Below are positions 28,618-38,342 of a stretch of 64,000 bases of DNA, one piece after another. The first letter of the stretch is position 1; every line of letters starts with the position of its first letter. The notes beneath the pieces are model-generated. The model had not been told where the DNA came from, did not search any database, and saw nothing but the letters and a program-made list of their open reading frames with translations. The translations under genes and the position numbers were made by a program. Source of the DNA: an uncultured Zetaproteobacteria bacterium (GTDB lineage: Bacteria > Pseudomonadota > Zetaproteobacteria > Mariprofundales > Mariprofundaceae); contig CAZUWV010000001.1 of the NCBI GenBank assembly GCA_964624255.1, positions 11,666 through 75,665 on the forward strand, read 5' to 3'.

Positions 28618-31446
28618 TTACTGACACGCTTCGCAGTCTGGATCGAGAATGGAGCAAGTGCTGGGCTCATCCTCGACCTGTACGATGCTGTCGGTATTTT
28701 TTTCTACATGTGATGCGCCCATGGAACGCAAATAATAAGTGGTTTTCAAGCCGCGAACCCATGCCAGCTTGTAAAGATTATCCAGTTTTTTACCCGATGG
28801 CTCTGCCATATAGAGATTTAAGCTTTGCGCCTGGTCAATCCATTTCTGGCGGCGAGCGGCCGCTTCGATCAACCAGCGCGAATCAATCTCAAAAGCCGTC
28901 GCATATTTAGCTTTAATATGTTCGGGTACGCGCGCCATCGGTTGTACCGAGCCGTCATAATATTTCAAATCGTTGATCATCACCTCATCCCACAGGCCCA
29001 AAGCCTTCAAATCATCTGCGAGGTAGGTGTTCACGACGACAAACTCGCCGGAGAGATTGGATTTCACATAAAGGTTCTGATAACTCGGCTCGATGCTTTG
29101 CGATACACCGCAGATATTGGCGATGGTTGCCGTGGGTGCGATAGCGAGTACATTGGAATTGCGCATTCCCTGTTTCAGTACCGTTTGTCGCAAATCACTC
29201 CAATCCATGGTGCTTGACTCATCCACTTGAAAATACTTCTCACCACGCGCCTTTTTTAGCAATTGCAGGGAATCAATCGGTAAAATACCCTGGCTCCAAA
29301 GCGAGCCTTCAAAGCTTGTGTAACGCCCACGTTCTGCTGCCAATGCGGATGACGCCCGGATAGCATAATAACTGACTGTTTCCATGCTGCGGTCAGCAAA
29401 CTCAACAGCTTCTTCTGACGCATATGCCAGATTAAGCTGATACAGGGTGTCGGTAAAACCCATGATTCCCATGCCGACAGGGCGGTGACAAAGGTTGGAC
29501 TTCCGGGCTTGCGGTACGCTGTAATAATTGTAATCAATCACATTATCCAGCATGCGCATGGCTGTATTGATGGTACGCTCAAGTTTTGCGTGATCCAGAC
29601 CCGTACCTTCAGCATTCACATGCCGCGCCAGATTAACTGAGCCTAAATTGCACACGGCGACTTCAGATTGATTGGTGTGCAGCGTGATTTCCGTGCAGAG
29701 GTTGGAAGAGTTGACCATACCCATATGCTGATTGGTATAGCGAATATTACACGGGTCTTTGAATGTTACCCAGGGATGCCCTGTTTCAAACAGCATCCCC
29801 AGCATCTTTCGCCATAATTCAACAGCAGGAATGACTTTGTAAATACGCAGTTCACCGCGCTCCGCCCTGGCCTCATGCGCTTCATACGCTTTTTCAAATG
29901 CTTCTCCTGTCAATCCGTGCAGGTCGGGCACCTCTTCGGGCGAAAAGAGCGACCAGTCTGATTCTTCGGCGACACGTTTCATAAATAAATCAGGGATCCA
30001 GTTGGCGGAATTCATGTCGTGGGTACGGCGACGTTCATCACCGGTATTTTTGCGTAGCTCCAGAAAGTCTTCCACATCAATATGCCATGTTTCCAGATAG
30101 GCGCACACTGCACCTTTACGTTTACCACCCTGATTGACGGCGACGGCTGTATCGTTAGCGACTTTAAGGAATGGAATTACGCCCTGCGAAGAACCATTGG
30201 TGCCCTTGATGTATGAACCCAGACCTCGAACCGATGTCCAGTCGTTACCCAAACCGCCCGCGTATTTGGAAAGCAGGGCATTATCCTTGATGGCATCATA
30301 AATCCCGTCCAGTGAATCCGGTATGGTCGTCAGGTAACACGATGACATCTGTGGCCGCAATGTGCCTGAATTGAACAGGGTTGGCGTGCTGCTCATGAAA
30401 TCGAATGAGGAAAGGAGCTTATAAAACTCAATTGCCCGTACCTCACGGTTAATTTCGTTCATTGCCAGACCCATGGCAACACGCATGAAAAATGCCTGCG
30501 GCAATTCAAAACGGATATCGCCATGATGAATAAAATAGCGGTCATAAAGGGTTTGCAGGCCCAGATAGGTAAACCCATGATCGTTCCCGGCTTCGAGGGC
30601 CTGCCCCAGTACCTTGAGGTCGTAGCGCGTAAGTTCTTCATCCAGCAATTCAAGTTCAGCCGCTTTACGGATATAGGCAGGGAAATAATCAGCGTAACGG
30701 TGCATCATATCCCTCTGCGATACCTCAACGGGTACACCATCCACAAAAGAAAGTGCTTCATGGCGCGCATTATCCAACAATATTCTGGCGGCCACTTCGC
30801 TATAGGCCGGGTCGCGTTCGATCATGCTGCGAGCACTCATCACCAGTGCCAGGCGATAATCTTTTTCTTTCATGCCATCAAAAAGGTTGCGCTGGATGGA
30901 TTCATGGAGCGTATCTACATCTACACCGTCGAGCCCCTCTGTGGCCTCTGCGATCAGGGCTTGCAGGCATCCCTGATTTAAGGGTTGGCGCGAACCGTCT
31001 TTCATCAGAAGGTTGAGGGTTTGCATGTCTACAGGTGTTCCCTCTTGCCTGGTTTCGCGCTCGCTGGCTCTTGCCGCGCGGTACAATACATAAGCCCTGG
31101 CAACCTTATGGTGTCCTTCGCGCATCAGGGCCAGTTCCACTTGATCCTGAATGTCTTCAATATGAATGGTGCTGTTCTCAGGCAAACGACGTAGCAGTGC
31201 ATCCACAACCTGAACCGTTAATCTGTCAACAATCTCGTGGATACGAGACGATGCGGCGGCGGAATCACCCTCGACGGCAAGAAACGCCTTGGTGATAGCC
31301 ACCATGATTTTGCTGCGATCAAATGCAGTCACCTTGCTGTTACGGCGCATCACCAGACAATCAAACGCGTGCTGTCCGGTTCCAGGTTCAAATGCCATCG
31401 GGGCTTGTAAATCGGCGTGTGTTGGTAACATGGTTTCGTCTTGCAT
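28618..31446 (-). CDS. nrdA: ribonucleotide-diphosphate reductase alpha subunit (class Ia)
   Basis: About 942 aa with an ATP-cone N-terminus, the catalytic motifs NLCTEI and SNLSGEF, and a C-terminal CxxC tail (DPDCEACQ). The ATG at 31446 is preceded by GGGAGG. The listed ORF begins slightly upstream at 31479. Confidence 0.95.
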   Translation of the reverse strand: MQDETMLPTHADLQAPMAFEPGTGQHAFDCLVMRRNSKVTAFDRSKIMVAITKAFLAVEGDSAAASSRIHEIVDRLTVQVVDALLRRLPENSTIHIEDIQDQVELALMREGHHKVARAYVLYRAARASERETRQEGTPVDMQTLNLLMKDGSRQPLNQGCLQALIAEATEGLDGVDVDTLHESIQRNLFDGMKEKDYRLALVMSARSMIERDPAYSEVAARILLDNARHEALSFVDGVPVEVSQRDMMHRYADYFPAYIRKAAELELLDEELTRYDLKVLGQALEAGNDHGFTYLGLQTLYDRYFIHHGDIRFELPQAFFMRVAMGLAMNEINREVRAIEFYKLLSSFDFMSSTPTLFNSGTLRPQMSSCYLTTIPDSLDGIYDAIKDNALLSKYAGGLGNDWTSVRGLGSYIKGTNGSSQGVIPFLKVANDTAVAVNQGGKRKGAVCAYLETWHIDVEDFLELRKNTGDERRRTHDMNSANWIPDLFMKRVAEESDWSLFSPEEVPDLHGLTGEAFEKAYEAHEARAERGELRIYKVIPAVELWRKMLGMLFETGHPWVTFKDPCNIRYTNQHMGMVNSSNLCTEITLHTNQSEVAVCNLGSVNLARHVNAEGTGLDHAKLERTINTAMRMLDNVIDYNYYSVPQARKSNLCHRPVGMGIMGFTDTLYQLNLAYASEEAVEFADRSMETVSYYAIRASSALAAERGRYTSFEGSLWSQGILPIDSLQLLKKARGEKYFQVDESSTMDWSDLRQTVLKQGMRNSNVLAIAPTATIANICGVSQSIEPSYQNLYVKSNLSGEFVVVNTYLADDLKALGLWDEVMINDLKYYDGSVQPMARVPEHIKAKYATAFEIDSRWLIEAAARRQKWIDQAQSLNLYMAEPSGKKLDNLYKLAWVRGLKTTYYLRSMGASHVEKNTDSIVQVEDEPSTCSILDPDCEACQ

Positions 31447-31575
31447 ATTTATCCTCCCGGAAAATGAAAGTAAGCGCACGAAAAAGGAGAGCGACGGGCG
31501 CCATGTTGGTCATCACTCTTTGCCTTTACGCGAGCTTAGGGTGTAAAACCAGATTCTCGCTGGAGCTTTTCATAG

Positions 31576-31622
31576 ACACATGATATTGTGGTTTATAAAA
31601 TATAAGACGCAATATATGGATA
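31576..31622 (-). promoter_or_regulatory. candidate tandem NrdR boxes upstream of nrdAB
   Basis: On the nrdA strand I read TATCCATATATTGCGT and CCACAATATCATGTGT. By my count they match the published NrdR-box consensus acaCwAtATaTwGtgt at 11 and 13 of 16 positions. Their centres are 31 bp apart, which is the usual tandem spacing. Confidence 0.5.
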
Positions 31623-31679
31623 AAATGGGAGGATGGCAAGCATGTTTTAGGCTCCGCATGCAATCCAGACCTGAATGGC

Positions 31680-32576
31680 TTAACCGGGATCTACAGCGTG
31701 AGAAGCCAGGCTGATAAAATCCTGAATAAAGGGTAATCGACGATCCGCTTTACGTACTGCGGCATAGAGCATGCCGTGCAATCCCTGTGGACCGAGTGGC
31801 AATGAACATACGCGGCCTGATAATGTCGACTCATGCAGCACCCAATCCGGTAGCACCGCGACGCCGCGCCTGCTGGCAACCAGCTGTAACATCATCGCGG
31901 TTAATTCAGAATGGCGAACAGCTTTGGGCTCAATGCCCGCCGGTGTAAGAAAGTATTGGAATATATCCAGTTTATTGCGTGGAACAGGGTAGGTGATCAG
32001 GGTCTGATCCGCGAGATCGGTAGCCTGAATAAACGGTTTTGCTGCCAGCACATGGTCGGGGGCGACCACCAGCCTGCCTTCGTAAGGAAATAGTGGCTCG
32101 AAGATGATGCCGTCTGTTTCCACCGGATCGGAGCTGATGACCAGATCAATATCGCCATGCAGTAATGACGGCATGGCATCGAAACTCATACCCATACGCA
32201 GGTCGACTTCAATATCGGGCCAGTGCTCCCGATAGCTGTCCAGCGTGTCCATCAGCCATTCGAAGCATGCGTGACATTCGATGGTGATATGCAGTCGCCC
32301 CAGTTCACCACCGGCCATGCGTTTTAATTCATATTCGGCATGGACTATTTGTGGCAACAGCCGTTCGGCCAGGTCAACCATCCGCTGTCCGGCGAGGGTC
32401 ATGCGCAAGGGTTTGCCGCCGCGAAAAAACAGGGGTGTGTCAAAATAGTTTTCCAGTGCCCTGATCTGGTGAGACAGCGCCGATTGCGTCAAGTGCAGAT
32501 GTTTCGCCGCATGCGCCAATGAGCGGTTTTCGGCGATGGCCTGCAGGCTTCGAAGATGTCTGACCTCTATAAACAT
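31680..32576 (-). CDS. metR: LysR-family activator of methionine synthesis
   Basis: The N-terminus [40 protein letters not shown] closely resembles MetR. It is divergent from metE, as in enterobacteria. Confidence 0.8.
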   Translation of the reverse strand: MFIEVRHLRSLQAIAENRSLAHAAKHLHLTQSALSHQIRALENYFDTPLFFRGGKPLRMTLAGQRMVDLAERLLPQIVHAEYELKRMAGGELGRLHITIECHACFEWLMDTLDSYREHWPDIEVDLRMGMSFDAMPSLLHGDIDLVISSDPVETDGIIFEPLFPYEGRLVVAPDHVLAAKPFIQATDLADQTLITYPVPRNKLDIFQYFLTPAGIEPKAVRHSELTAMMLQLVASRRGVAVLPDWVLHESTLSGRVCSLPLGPQGLHGMLYAAVRKADRRLPFIQDFISLASHAVDPG

Positions 32577-32588
32577 GAATGTCCTTCA
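32576..32588. promoter_or_regulatory. candidate MetR binding site in the metR/metE divergent region
   Basis: TGAATGTCCTTCA fits the MetR consensus TGAA-N5-TTCA exactly. It overlaps the metR start codon. A second palindrome, TGATTGAATCA, lies about 35 bp further towards metE. Confidence 0.45.
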
Positions 32589-32669
32589 TGATCTTCATTA
32601 TCTTTATCAGTTTGATTGAATCATTACCGACCAGCAGGCTTTGCGCAACAGATATCGGAGGTATTGAAC

Positions 32670-34946
32670 GTGACAAAAACGCATAATCTGGGTTTCCCGC
32701 GTATCGGCGAACAGCGGTCGCTGAAATTTGCGCTGGAGCAATACTGGCAGGGGATCATGAGCGAGCAAGAGCTACAGCGTACCGGAGCGAGCTTGCGCGA
32801 GCGGCATTGGAAGGTCCAGGAGCGCGCGGGTATCGGCTGTTTGCCTGTCGGTGATTTCTCCTGGTATGACCATGTTCTGGACACGTCGCTGATGTTGGGG
32901 GCGATTCCGAAGCGGTTTGGTTGGCATGGCGGAGAAGTGGACCTTGATACCTGTTTCAGGATGGCACGCGGTCGAGCACCGTCCGGCCAGGATGTTGCTG
33001 CTTGTGAAATGACCAAATGGTTCGATACCAATTACCATTACATTGTACCCGAATTCAGCAAAGGCCAGTCTTTTCGGCTGGCTTCGAACAAGCTGTTTGA
33101 TGAAGTCGGGGAAGCGCAGTCAGCAGGGCACCGGGTTAAACCGGTCATACTTGGCCCCTTAAGTTATCTGTGGTTGGGTAAGGCCAAGGGTGGTGTGTTC
33201 GACAAGCTGACCCTGCTGGAACGGCTGATTCCGGTCTACGTGGAAATTTTTGTGCGGCTTAAGGCACAGGGGGTGGCGTGGGTACAGGTGGATGAACCTG
33301 TATTGGCCCTCGATATCGGACCCCGGTGGCGCGATGCATTTGCCGGTTGTTACGAACAATTATCAGGACAGCGCCCAAAACTGTTGTTGACCACCTATTT
33401 CGGTGAACTGCGCGACAATCTTGAGCTGGCCTGTACTCTGGATGTGGATGGTTTGCATCTCGATGCCATTCGTGCTGCGTCGGAGTTGAGCAGGGCCATC
33501 ACCCTGTTGCCTGATGGCCGCGTGCTTTCTGTTGGCTGCGTGGACGGACGAAATATCTGGCGCGCCGATCTGGATCGGACATTGATATTATTGCAGCCGC
33601 TCAAGGAGAAGCTGGGCGAACACCTCTGGCTGGCCCCCTCCTGCTCATTATTACATGTGCCGATGGATCTGGAGTGGGAGACCGATCTTGATCCCGGCAT
33701 CAAGCCATGGCTTGCATTTGCCAGGCAAAAATTAACGGAAATTTCGCTATTGCAGCAGGCATTGGATCAGGGCTGTGACGTTGTAGCCGGACCGCTGCGC
33801 CATGCGAGAAATGCCTGTGCCAGGCGCCGTGTATCGGAGAAAGTACACAGAGCTGATGTGCAAGCCCGCCTGGGCGCTATTCATGTCGGTATGGAGCAGC
33901 GCCACAGCCCTTATGAGAAACGGGCACCTTTGCAGCGAGCATGGCTCAAACTACCGCTTTATCCGACGACGACGATCGGTTCCTTCCCGCAAACGTCCGG
34001 GATCCGAAGTGCACGGCAGAGATTCAAAAAAAAAGAAATTGGACAGGATACATACCGTGCGTTCATGTATCATGAAATCGAGAAAGTGATCCGTTTCCAG
34101 GAAGATACGGGTCTGGATGTGCTGGTGCATGGGGAAGCGGAGCGCAATGATATGGTGGAATACTTTGGCGAACAACTTGACGGTTTTGCATTTACCCGTC
34201 ATGGCTGGGTACAGTCCTATGGCTCGCGCTGCGTAAAACCACCAATTATTTATGGCGATGTAGCACGCCCTGAAGCTATGACCGTTGAATGGGCCAGATA
34301 TGCGCAATCCCTGACCCGAAAACCGGTAAAAGGCATGTTGACAGGTCCCGTTACCATCCTGAACTGGTCATTTGTGCGCGACGATCAGCCGCGTAGCGAC
34401 ACATGCTCTCAAATTGCGCTGGCCCTGCGTGATGAGGTGAATGATCTTGAGAGAGCAGGTATTCGCGTCATCCAGGTCGATGAGGCAGCCCTCCGCGAGG
34501 GCTTGCCGCTACGCAAGGTAGGCTGGGGACATTATCTGGATTGGGCCGTGCGGGCATTTCGTATTGCGGTATCCGGTGTGGGGGACAATACGCAGATCCA
34601 TACGCATATGTGTTATTCAGATTTTAACGATATTATCGCATCCATTGCGGCTATGGACGCCGATGTGATTACGATTGAAACATCCCGTTCCGATATGGCG
34701 TTGCTCGACGTGTTCGAGGCGTTTTCTTACCCCAACGAAATCGGTCCGGGCGTGTATGATATTCATTCGCCGAATGTACCAACGATCAAGCATATTGTTA
34801 CATTAATGCAACAGGCCACCCGGCGTATCCCGGCCGAACGATTGTGGATCAATCCCGATTGCGGCCTGAAAACACGTAACTGGGAGGAAGTGAAGAAAGC
34901 GTTACGGATTATGGTGCAAGCGGCGGCTTTTATGCGTAAAAGCTAG
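32670..34946 (+). CDS. metE: cobalamin-independent methionine synthase
   Basis: A GTG start at 32670 follows GGAGG. The N-terminus [23 protein letters not shown] is canonical MetE. The C-terminal Zn-ligand region is present ([16 protein letters not shown]). Confidence 0.95.
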   Translation: MTKTHNLGFPRIGEQRSLKFALEQYWQGIMSEQELQRTGASLRERHWKVQERAGIGCLPVGDFSWYDHVLDTSLMLGAIPKRFGWHGGEVDLDTCFRMARGRAPSGQDVAACEMTKWFDTNYHYIVPEFSKGQSFRLASNKLFDEVGEAQSAGHRVKPVILGPLSYLWLGKAKGGVFDKLTLLERLIPVYVEIFVRLKAQGVAWVQVDEPVLALDIGPRWRDAFAGCYEQLSGQRPKLLLTTYFGELRDNLELACTLDVDGLHLDAIRAASELSRAITLLPDGRVLSVGCVDGRNIWRADLDRTLILLQPLKEKLGEHLWLAPSCSLLHVPMDLEWETDLDPGIKPWLAFARQKLTEISLLQQALDQGCDVVAGPLRHARNACARRRVSEKVHRADVQARLGAIHVGMEQRHSPYEKRAPLQRAWLKLPLYPTTTIGSFPQTSGIRSARQRFKKKEIGQDTYRAFMYHEIEKVIRFQEDTGLDVLVHGEAERNDMVEYFGEQLDGFAFTRHGWVQSYGSRCVKPPIIYGDVARPEAMTVEWARYAQSLTRKPVKGMLTGPVTILNWSFVRDDQPRSDTCSQIALALRDEVNDLERAGIRVIQVDEAALREGLPLRKVGWGHYLDWAVRAFRIAVSGVGDNTQIHTHMCYSDFNDIIASIAAMDADVITIETSRSDMALLDVFEAFSYPNEIGPGVYDIHSPNVPTIKHIVTLMQQATRRIPAERLWINPDCGLKTRNWEEVKKALRIMVQAAAFMRKS

Positions 34947-35142
34947 CCCTGCCCTTTACCCATAAGTCGTGCCTCAGAACCCTTGCGTACGGGTCAGACC
35001 AAGGCGCGGCACGCAGATAATGGTTATTTCCATTAGCAAGTACCGCAACGCCGGTATGGCCCGTACGCAAGGGTTCCCTTCGGGCGAACCGCCCAGCGGC
35101 CATCTGCTGCGTATCGCGGCGATTCATGAATAATGCAGGTTA
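34944..35142. mobile_element. family-A-related element, copy A5 (same termini, different core with a long internal stem)
   Basis: Left end C-TA-GCCCTGCCCTTTACCCATAAGTCG and right end CGGCGATTCATGAATAATGCAGGT-TA-G. An internal inverted repeat GAACCCTTGCGTACGGG / CCCGTACGCAAGGGTTC is present. Confidence 0.6.
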
Positions 35143-35156
35143 GAAACGTTTATCAC

Positions 35157-35198
35157 ATGAGCCTCTCGCAGAACTCACGCGTTTTGCGAGAGGCTCAT
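35157..35198. repeat. collapsed family-B element (two terminal repeats forming a perfect 14-bp hairpin), a likely bidirectional terminator
   Basis: ATGAGCCTCTCGCA - 14 nt - TGCGAGAGGCTCAT. It lies 3 nt from the czcA stop, in the metE/czcA convergent gap. Confidence 0.6.
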
Positions 35199-35201
35199 AT
35201 A

Positions 35202-38200
35202 TCATGACACGCCCCTTATATGCTTTTCACGGCTAAAAAATGCATACAGGCAAGGCAACACGAATAGCGTCAGGGCCGTGGAGGATATCAGACCACCGAC
35301 GACCACGGTTGCCAGCGGACGCTGAATTTCCGAACCGATGCCGGTGGACAGTAGCAGGGGAATTAACCCCAGCGCTGCGATTGTTGCGGTCATCATCACG
35401 GGTCGAAAACGGCTTTCCGCACCCATGCGTATCGACTTGTCTATATCGCTACTACCCTCACGGTAGCGGTTGATCGCATCCACCATGACAACACCATTCA
35501 GTACCGCCACGCCGAACAGGGCGATAAAGCCAATACTGGAGGGTACGGACAGATATTGGCCGGAGATAGACAGGGCCAGAATACCGCCGATCAGCGCCAT
35601 CGGTACGTTGAGCATAATCAGCAATGCCTGCCCTGCCGAATGGAAGGCGAAATACAGCAGCAGAAAAATTAGCAGCAGAGACAATGGCACCACGACCATC
35701 AGTTTTGCCTGTGCGCGCTGCTGGTTCTTGAACTGACCGCCGAAAACGACCGTATAGCCGGGAGGAAGTTTGACTTCCCGGTGGATGCGCCGGTCAAGTT
35801 CGGCGACCAGACCACCCATATCCCGTCCTTCCACGTTGCACTGGACCACAACGCGGCGCTGCACGTCGTCACGCCGGATCATGGGTGGACCCATCTCCAC
35901 CGCAATATGTGCCACGTCACGCAAACGTACCCATGCACCATCCGGTGCCTGGAGAATCAAATTGCCGATTGCTTCGGGACTGTTCCGGTATTTTTTTCCC
36001 AGACGCACATAGATGTTGTAGCGCTCATTGCCCTTGATGACCTGTCCAGCGGTGACGCCACCAATGCCATCCGAAATCAGACGCATCACCGCATTGACCG
36101 GAATGCCGTAACGGTCCAGCTTGTTTCGGTCCGGTCGGATCACCAGTTGCGCTTCGCCTTCGATCTGTTCCATAGCCACATCGCGCGTGCCCTTCACGTT
36201 TTTCGTCAGCCGCTCGATTTCCCGGCCTTTCTCGGCCAGCACCTTGAGGTTTGGCCCAAACAGTTTAATGGCCAGTTGCGCTTTGACGCCGGAAAGCATC
36301 TCATCCACGCGCGTGGCAATCGGTTGGGAGAATGCAAGCAACGCGCCCGGCACGGCCTCCAGCTTCTCGCGCATCAGGTTTTGCAATGCTTCGCGGCTTA
36401 TCGCGGAGGTCCATTTATCATGCGGTTTCAAGCCGACAAAGATTTCGACATTAGATACGGCTTCCGGGTCGCCACCAATTTCGGCGCGGCCGGTACGGGC
36501 GGAGGCATAGGTTACCTCAGGGAAATTCTCGACCAGAATTTTCTCCATCTTTTCGCCTACACCTTTAGCATATTCCAGCGAGGAGGATGGATTCAGGGTC
36601 ACTCGAATATCAAGCGTTCCTTCTTCCAGCGTTGGCACGAATTCAGTGCCGAGGGAGGGAACCAGCGTTAGCGCGGCGAGTAACGCAGTGACTGCACCGC
36701 CTACCACCCATTTGCGATGTATAAGCGCCGTTTTCAGGCTACTGTGATAGAAACGTGCCAACGGTGCCAGAACCGGGCTGTCTTTGTGTTTTACACCCCT
36801 GGTGAAGGCGTAGGTAGCCAACACCGGCATCACGAACATGGCGACCAGGAGCGAAGCGAACATGGCAAAACAGATGGATTCCGCCATTGGTGTGAACAGT
36901 TTTCCCGCTACGCCACCCAGCGAAAACAGTGGTGTGAATACGATCAGGATAATCAGCACCGCGAACAATACGGGGCGGGCAACCTCACGCGCGGCCTCGG
37001 TAATGCGCAGCGCGATTCCATGATCGCCTTCTTTCACCTGCTCCAGGTGTTTGAAGATATTTTCCACCATGACGACGGAACCGTCTACCATCATACCGAT
37101 GGCAATAGCCAGCCCTCCCAGGCTCATCAAGTTGGCCGAAATGCCATAGTACTGCATGGCAGCCAGTGCCGCCAACACCGATACAGGTACGGAAACGAGC
37201 ACCAGTGCCGCAGCGCGCAGGTTCATCAGGAACAGGAACAGGATGATTACGATCAGCACAAATGCTTCGATCAAGGCCTCTTCGACCGTCCAGATCGCTT
37301 TGGAAACCAGATCGGACTGGTCGTAGAACGGCTGGATGGTCACACCCTTGGGTAAGGCCTTCTGTACGATAGCGAGGCGGGCTTTCACGTCGTCGATCGT
37401 GGCCTTGGTATTGGCACCGAACCGTTTTAACACGATGCCAGCCACCACTTCTCCGAGCGGTTTGGCCTTACCCGCCGGGTCGCGCTCCGTCATGGTTACC
37501 GCGCCCTGACGGATTTCACCGCCAAAGGCCACCGTCGCCAAATCACGGATACGCACCGGCGTACCATGAACTGTTTTAACCGGTATCGCCGCGATGGCTT
37601 GCAAGCCCGCCTTACCAGCGGGAATCCAGCCGACGCCGCGGATCACCAGTTGTTCGTCGCCCTGCGGCAGGTACCAGCCACCGGCATTACGATTGTTCGC
37701 CTTGAGGGCTGCAACGATATCCGAAACATGCAGGCCGTAGCTGAGAAGGTGGCCGGGATTCAGGCGCACCTGATATTGCCGTACCTCGCCGCCGAAGGAG
37801 AGGATGTCTGTTACGCCGTTTACCGGCATCAGCATTAGTTTAACCACCCAGTCATTCAGCGAACGCAGTGCCATCGCGTCGAAATCAGCCCCCGGATTGG
37901 CTTTCAGAATATACTGAAACACCTGCCCCAGCCCCGATGTGTTCGGACCGATCCCCGGCACGCCCGCCCATACGGGAATGGTTTGACGGGCGGCCTGTAA
38001 TTTCTGGAAAACCAGCTGGCGGGCGAAATAAATATCCGTCCCCTCCCTGAATACGACCGTGACCACCGACAGTCCGGTCTTGGAGATGGACCGCACTTCC
38101 TGCACATCGGGAAGGGCGTACATCACAGCCTCAATCGGATAGGTCACCAGCTGTTCCACCTCTTTGGCAGCCAGCCCCGGCGATTCGGTATTGATGGTTA

Positions 38201-38339
38201 CCTGAATGTTGGTGACATCGGGAAAGGCATCGAGATTCAGTTTTGGAATAACAAAGGCCGCATAGGCAACCCCGCCAACTAGGGACAGGAGAACAAGGAA
38301 GCGGTTGTTAATCGCGATATCAATCAGTTTCGCAAACAT
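35202..38339 (-). CDS. heavy-metal efflux RND transporter, CzcA/CusA family
   Basis: 1045 aa. The N-terminus MFAKLIDIAINNRFLVLLSL..LNLDAFPDVTNIQVTINT..VTYPIE is typical of HME-RND pumps. Confidence 0.9.
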   Translation of the reverse strand: MFAKLIDIAINNRFLVLLSLVGGVAYAAFVIPKLNLDAFPDVTNIQVTINTESPGLAAKEVEQLVTYPIEAVMYALPDVQEVRSISKTGLSVVTVVFREGTDIYFARQLVFQKLQAARQTIPVWAGVPGIGPNTSGLGQVFQYILKANPGADFDAMALRSLNDWVVKLMLMPVNGVTDILSFGGEVRQYQVRLNPGHLLSYGLHVSDIVAALKANNRNAGGWYLPQGDEQLVIRGVGWIPAGKAGLQAIAAIPVKTVHGTPVRIRDLATVAFGGEIRQGAVTMTERDPAGKAKPLGEVVAGIVLKRFGANTKATIDDVKARLAIVQKALPKGVTIQPFYDQSDLVSKAIWTVEEALIEAFVLIVIILFLFLMNLRAAALVLVSVPVSVLAALAAMQYYGISANLMSLGGLAIAIGMMVDGSVVMVENIFKHLEQVKEGDHGIALRITEAAREVARPVLFAVLIILIVFTPLFSLGGVAGKLFTPMAESICFAMFASLLVAMFVMPVLATYAFTRGVKHKDSPVLAPLARFYHSSLKTALIHRKWVVGGAVTALLAALTLVPSLGTEFVPTLEEGTLDIRVTLNPSSSLEYAKGVGEKMEKILVENFPEVTYASARTGRAEIGGDPEAVSNVEIFVGLKPHDKWTSAISREALQNLMREKLEAVPGALLAFSQPIATRVDEMLSGVKAQLAIKLFGPNLKVLAEKGREIERLTKNVKGTRDVAMEQIEGEAQLVIRPDRNKLDRYGIPVNAVMRLISDGIGGVTAGQVIKGNERYNIYVRLGKKYRNSPEAIGNLILQAPDGAWVRLRDVAHIAVEMGPPMIRRDDVQRRVVVQCNVEGRDMGGLVAELDRRIHREVKLPPGYTVVFGGQFKNQQRAQAKLMVVVPLSLLLIFLLLYFAFHSAGQALLIMLNVPMALIGGILALSISGQYLSVPSSIGFIALFGVAVLNGVVMVDAINRYREGSSDIDKSIRMGAESRFRPVMMTATIAALGLIPLLLSTGIGSEIQRPLATVVVGGLISSTALTLFVLPCLYAFFSREKHIRGVS

Positions 38340-38342
38340 GGG

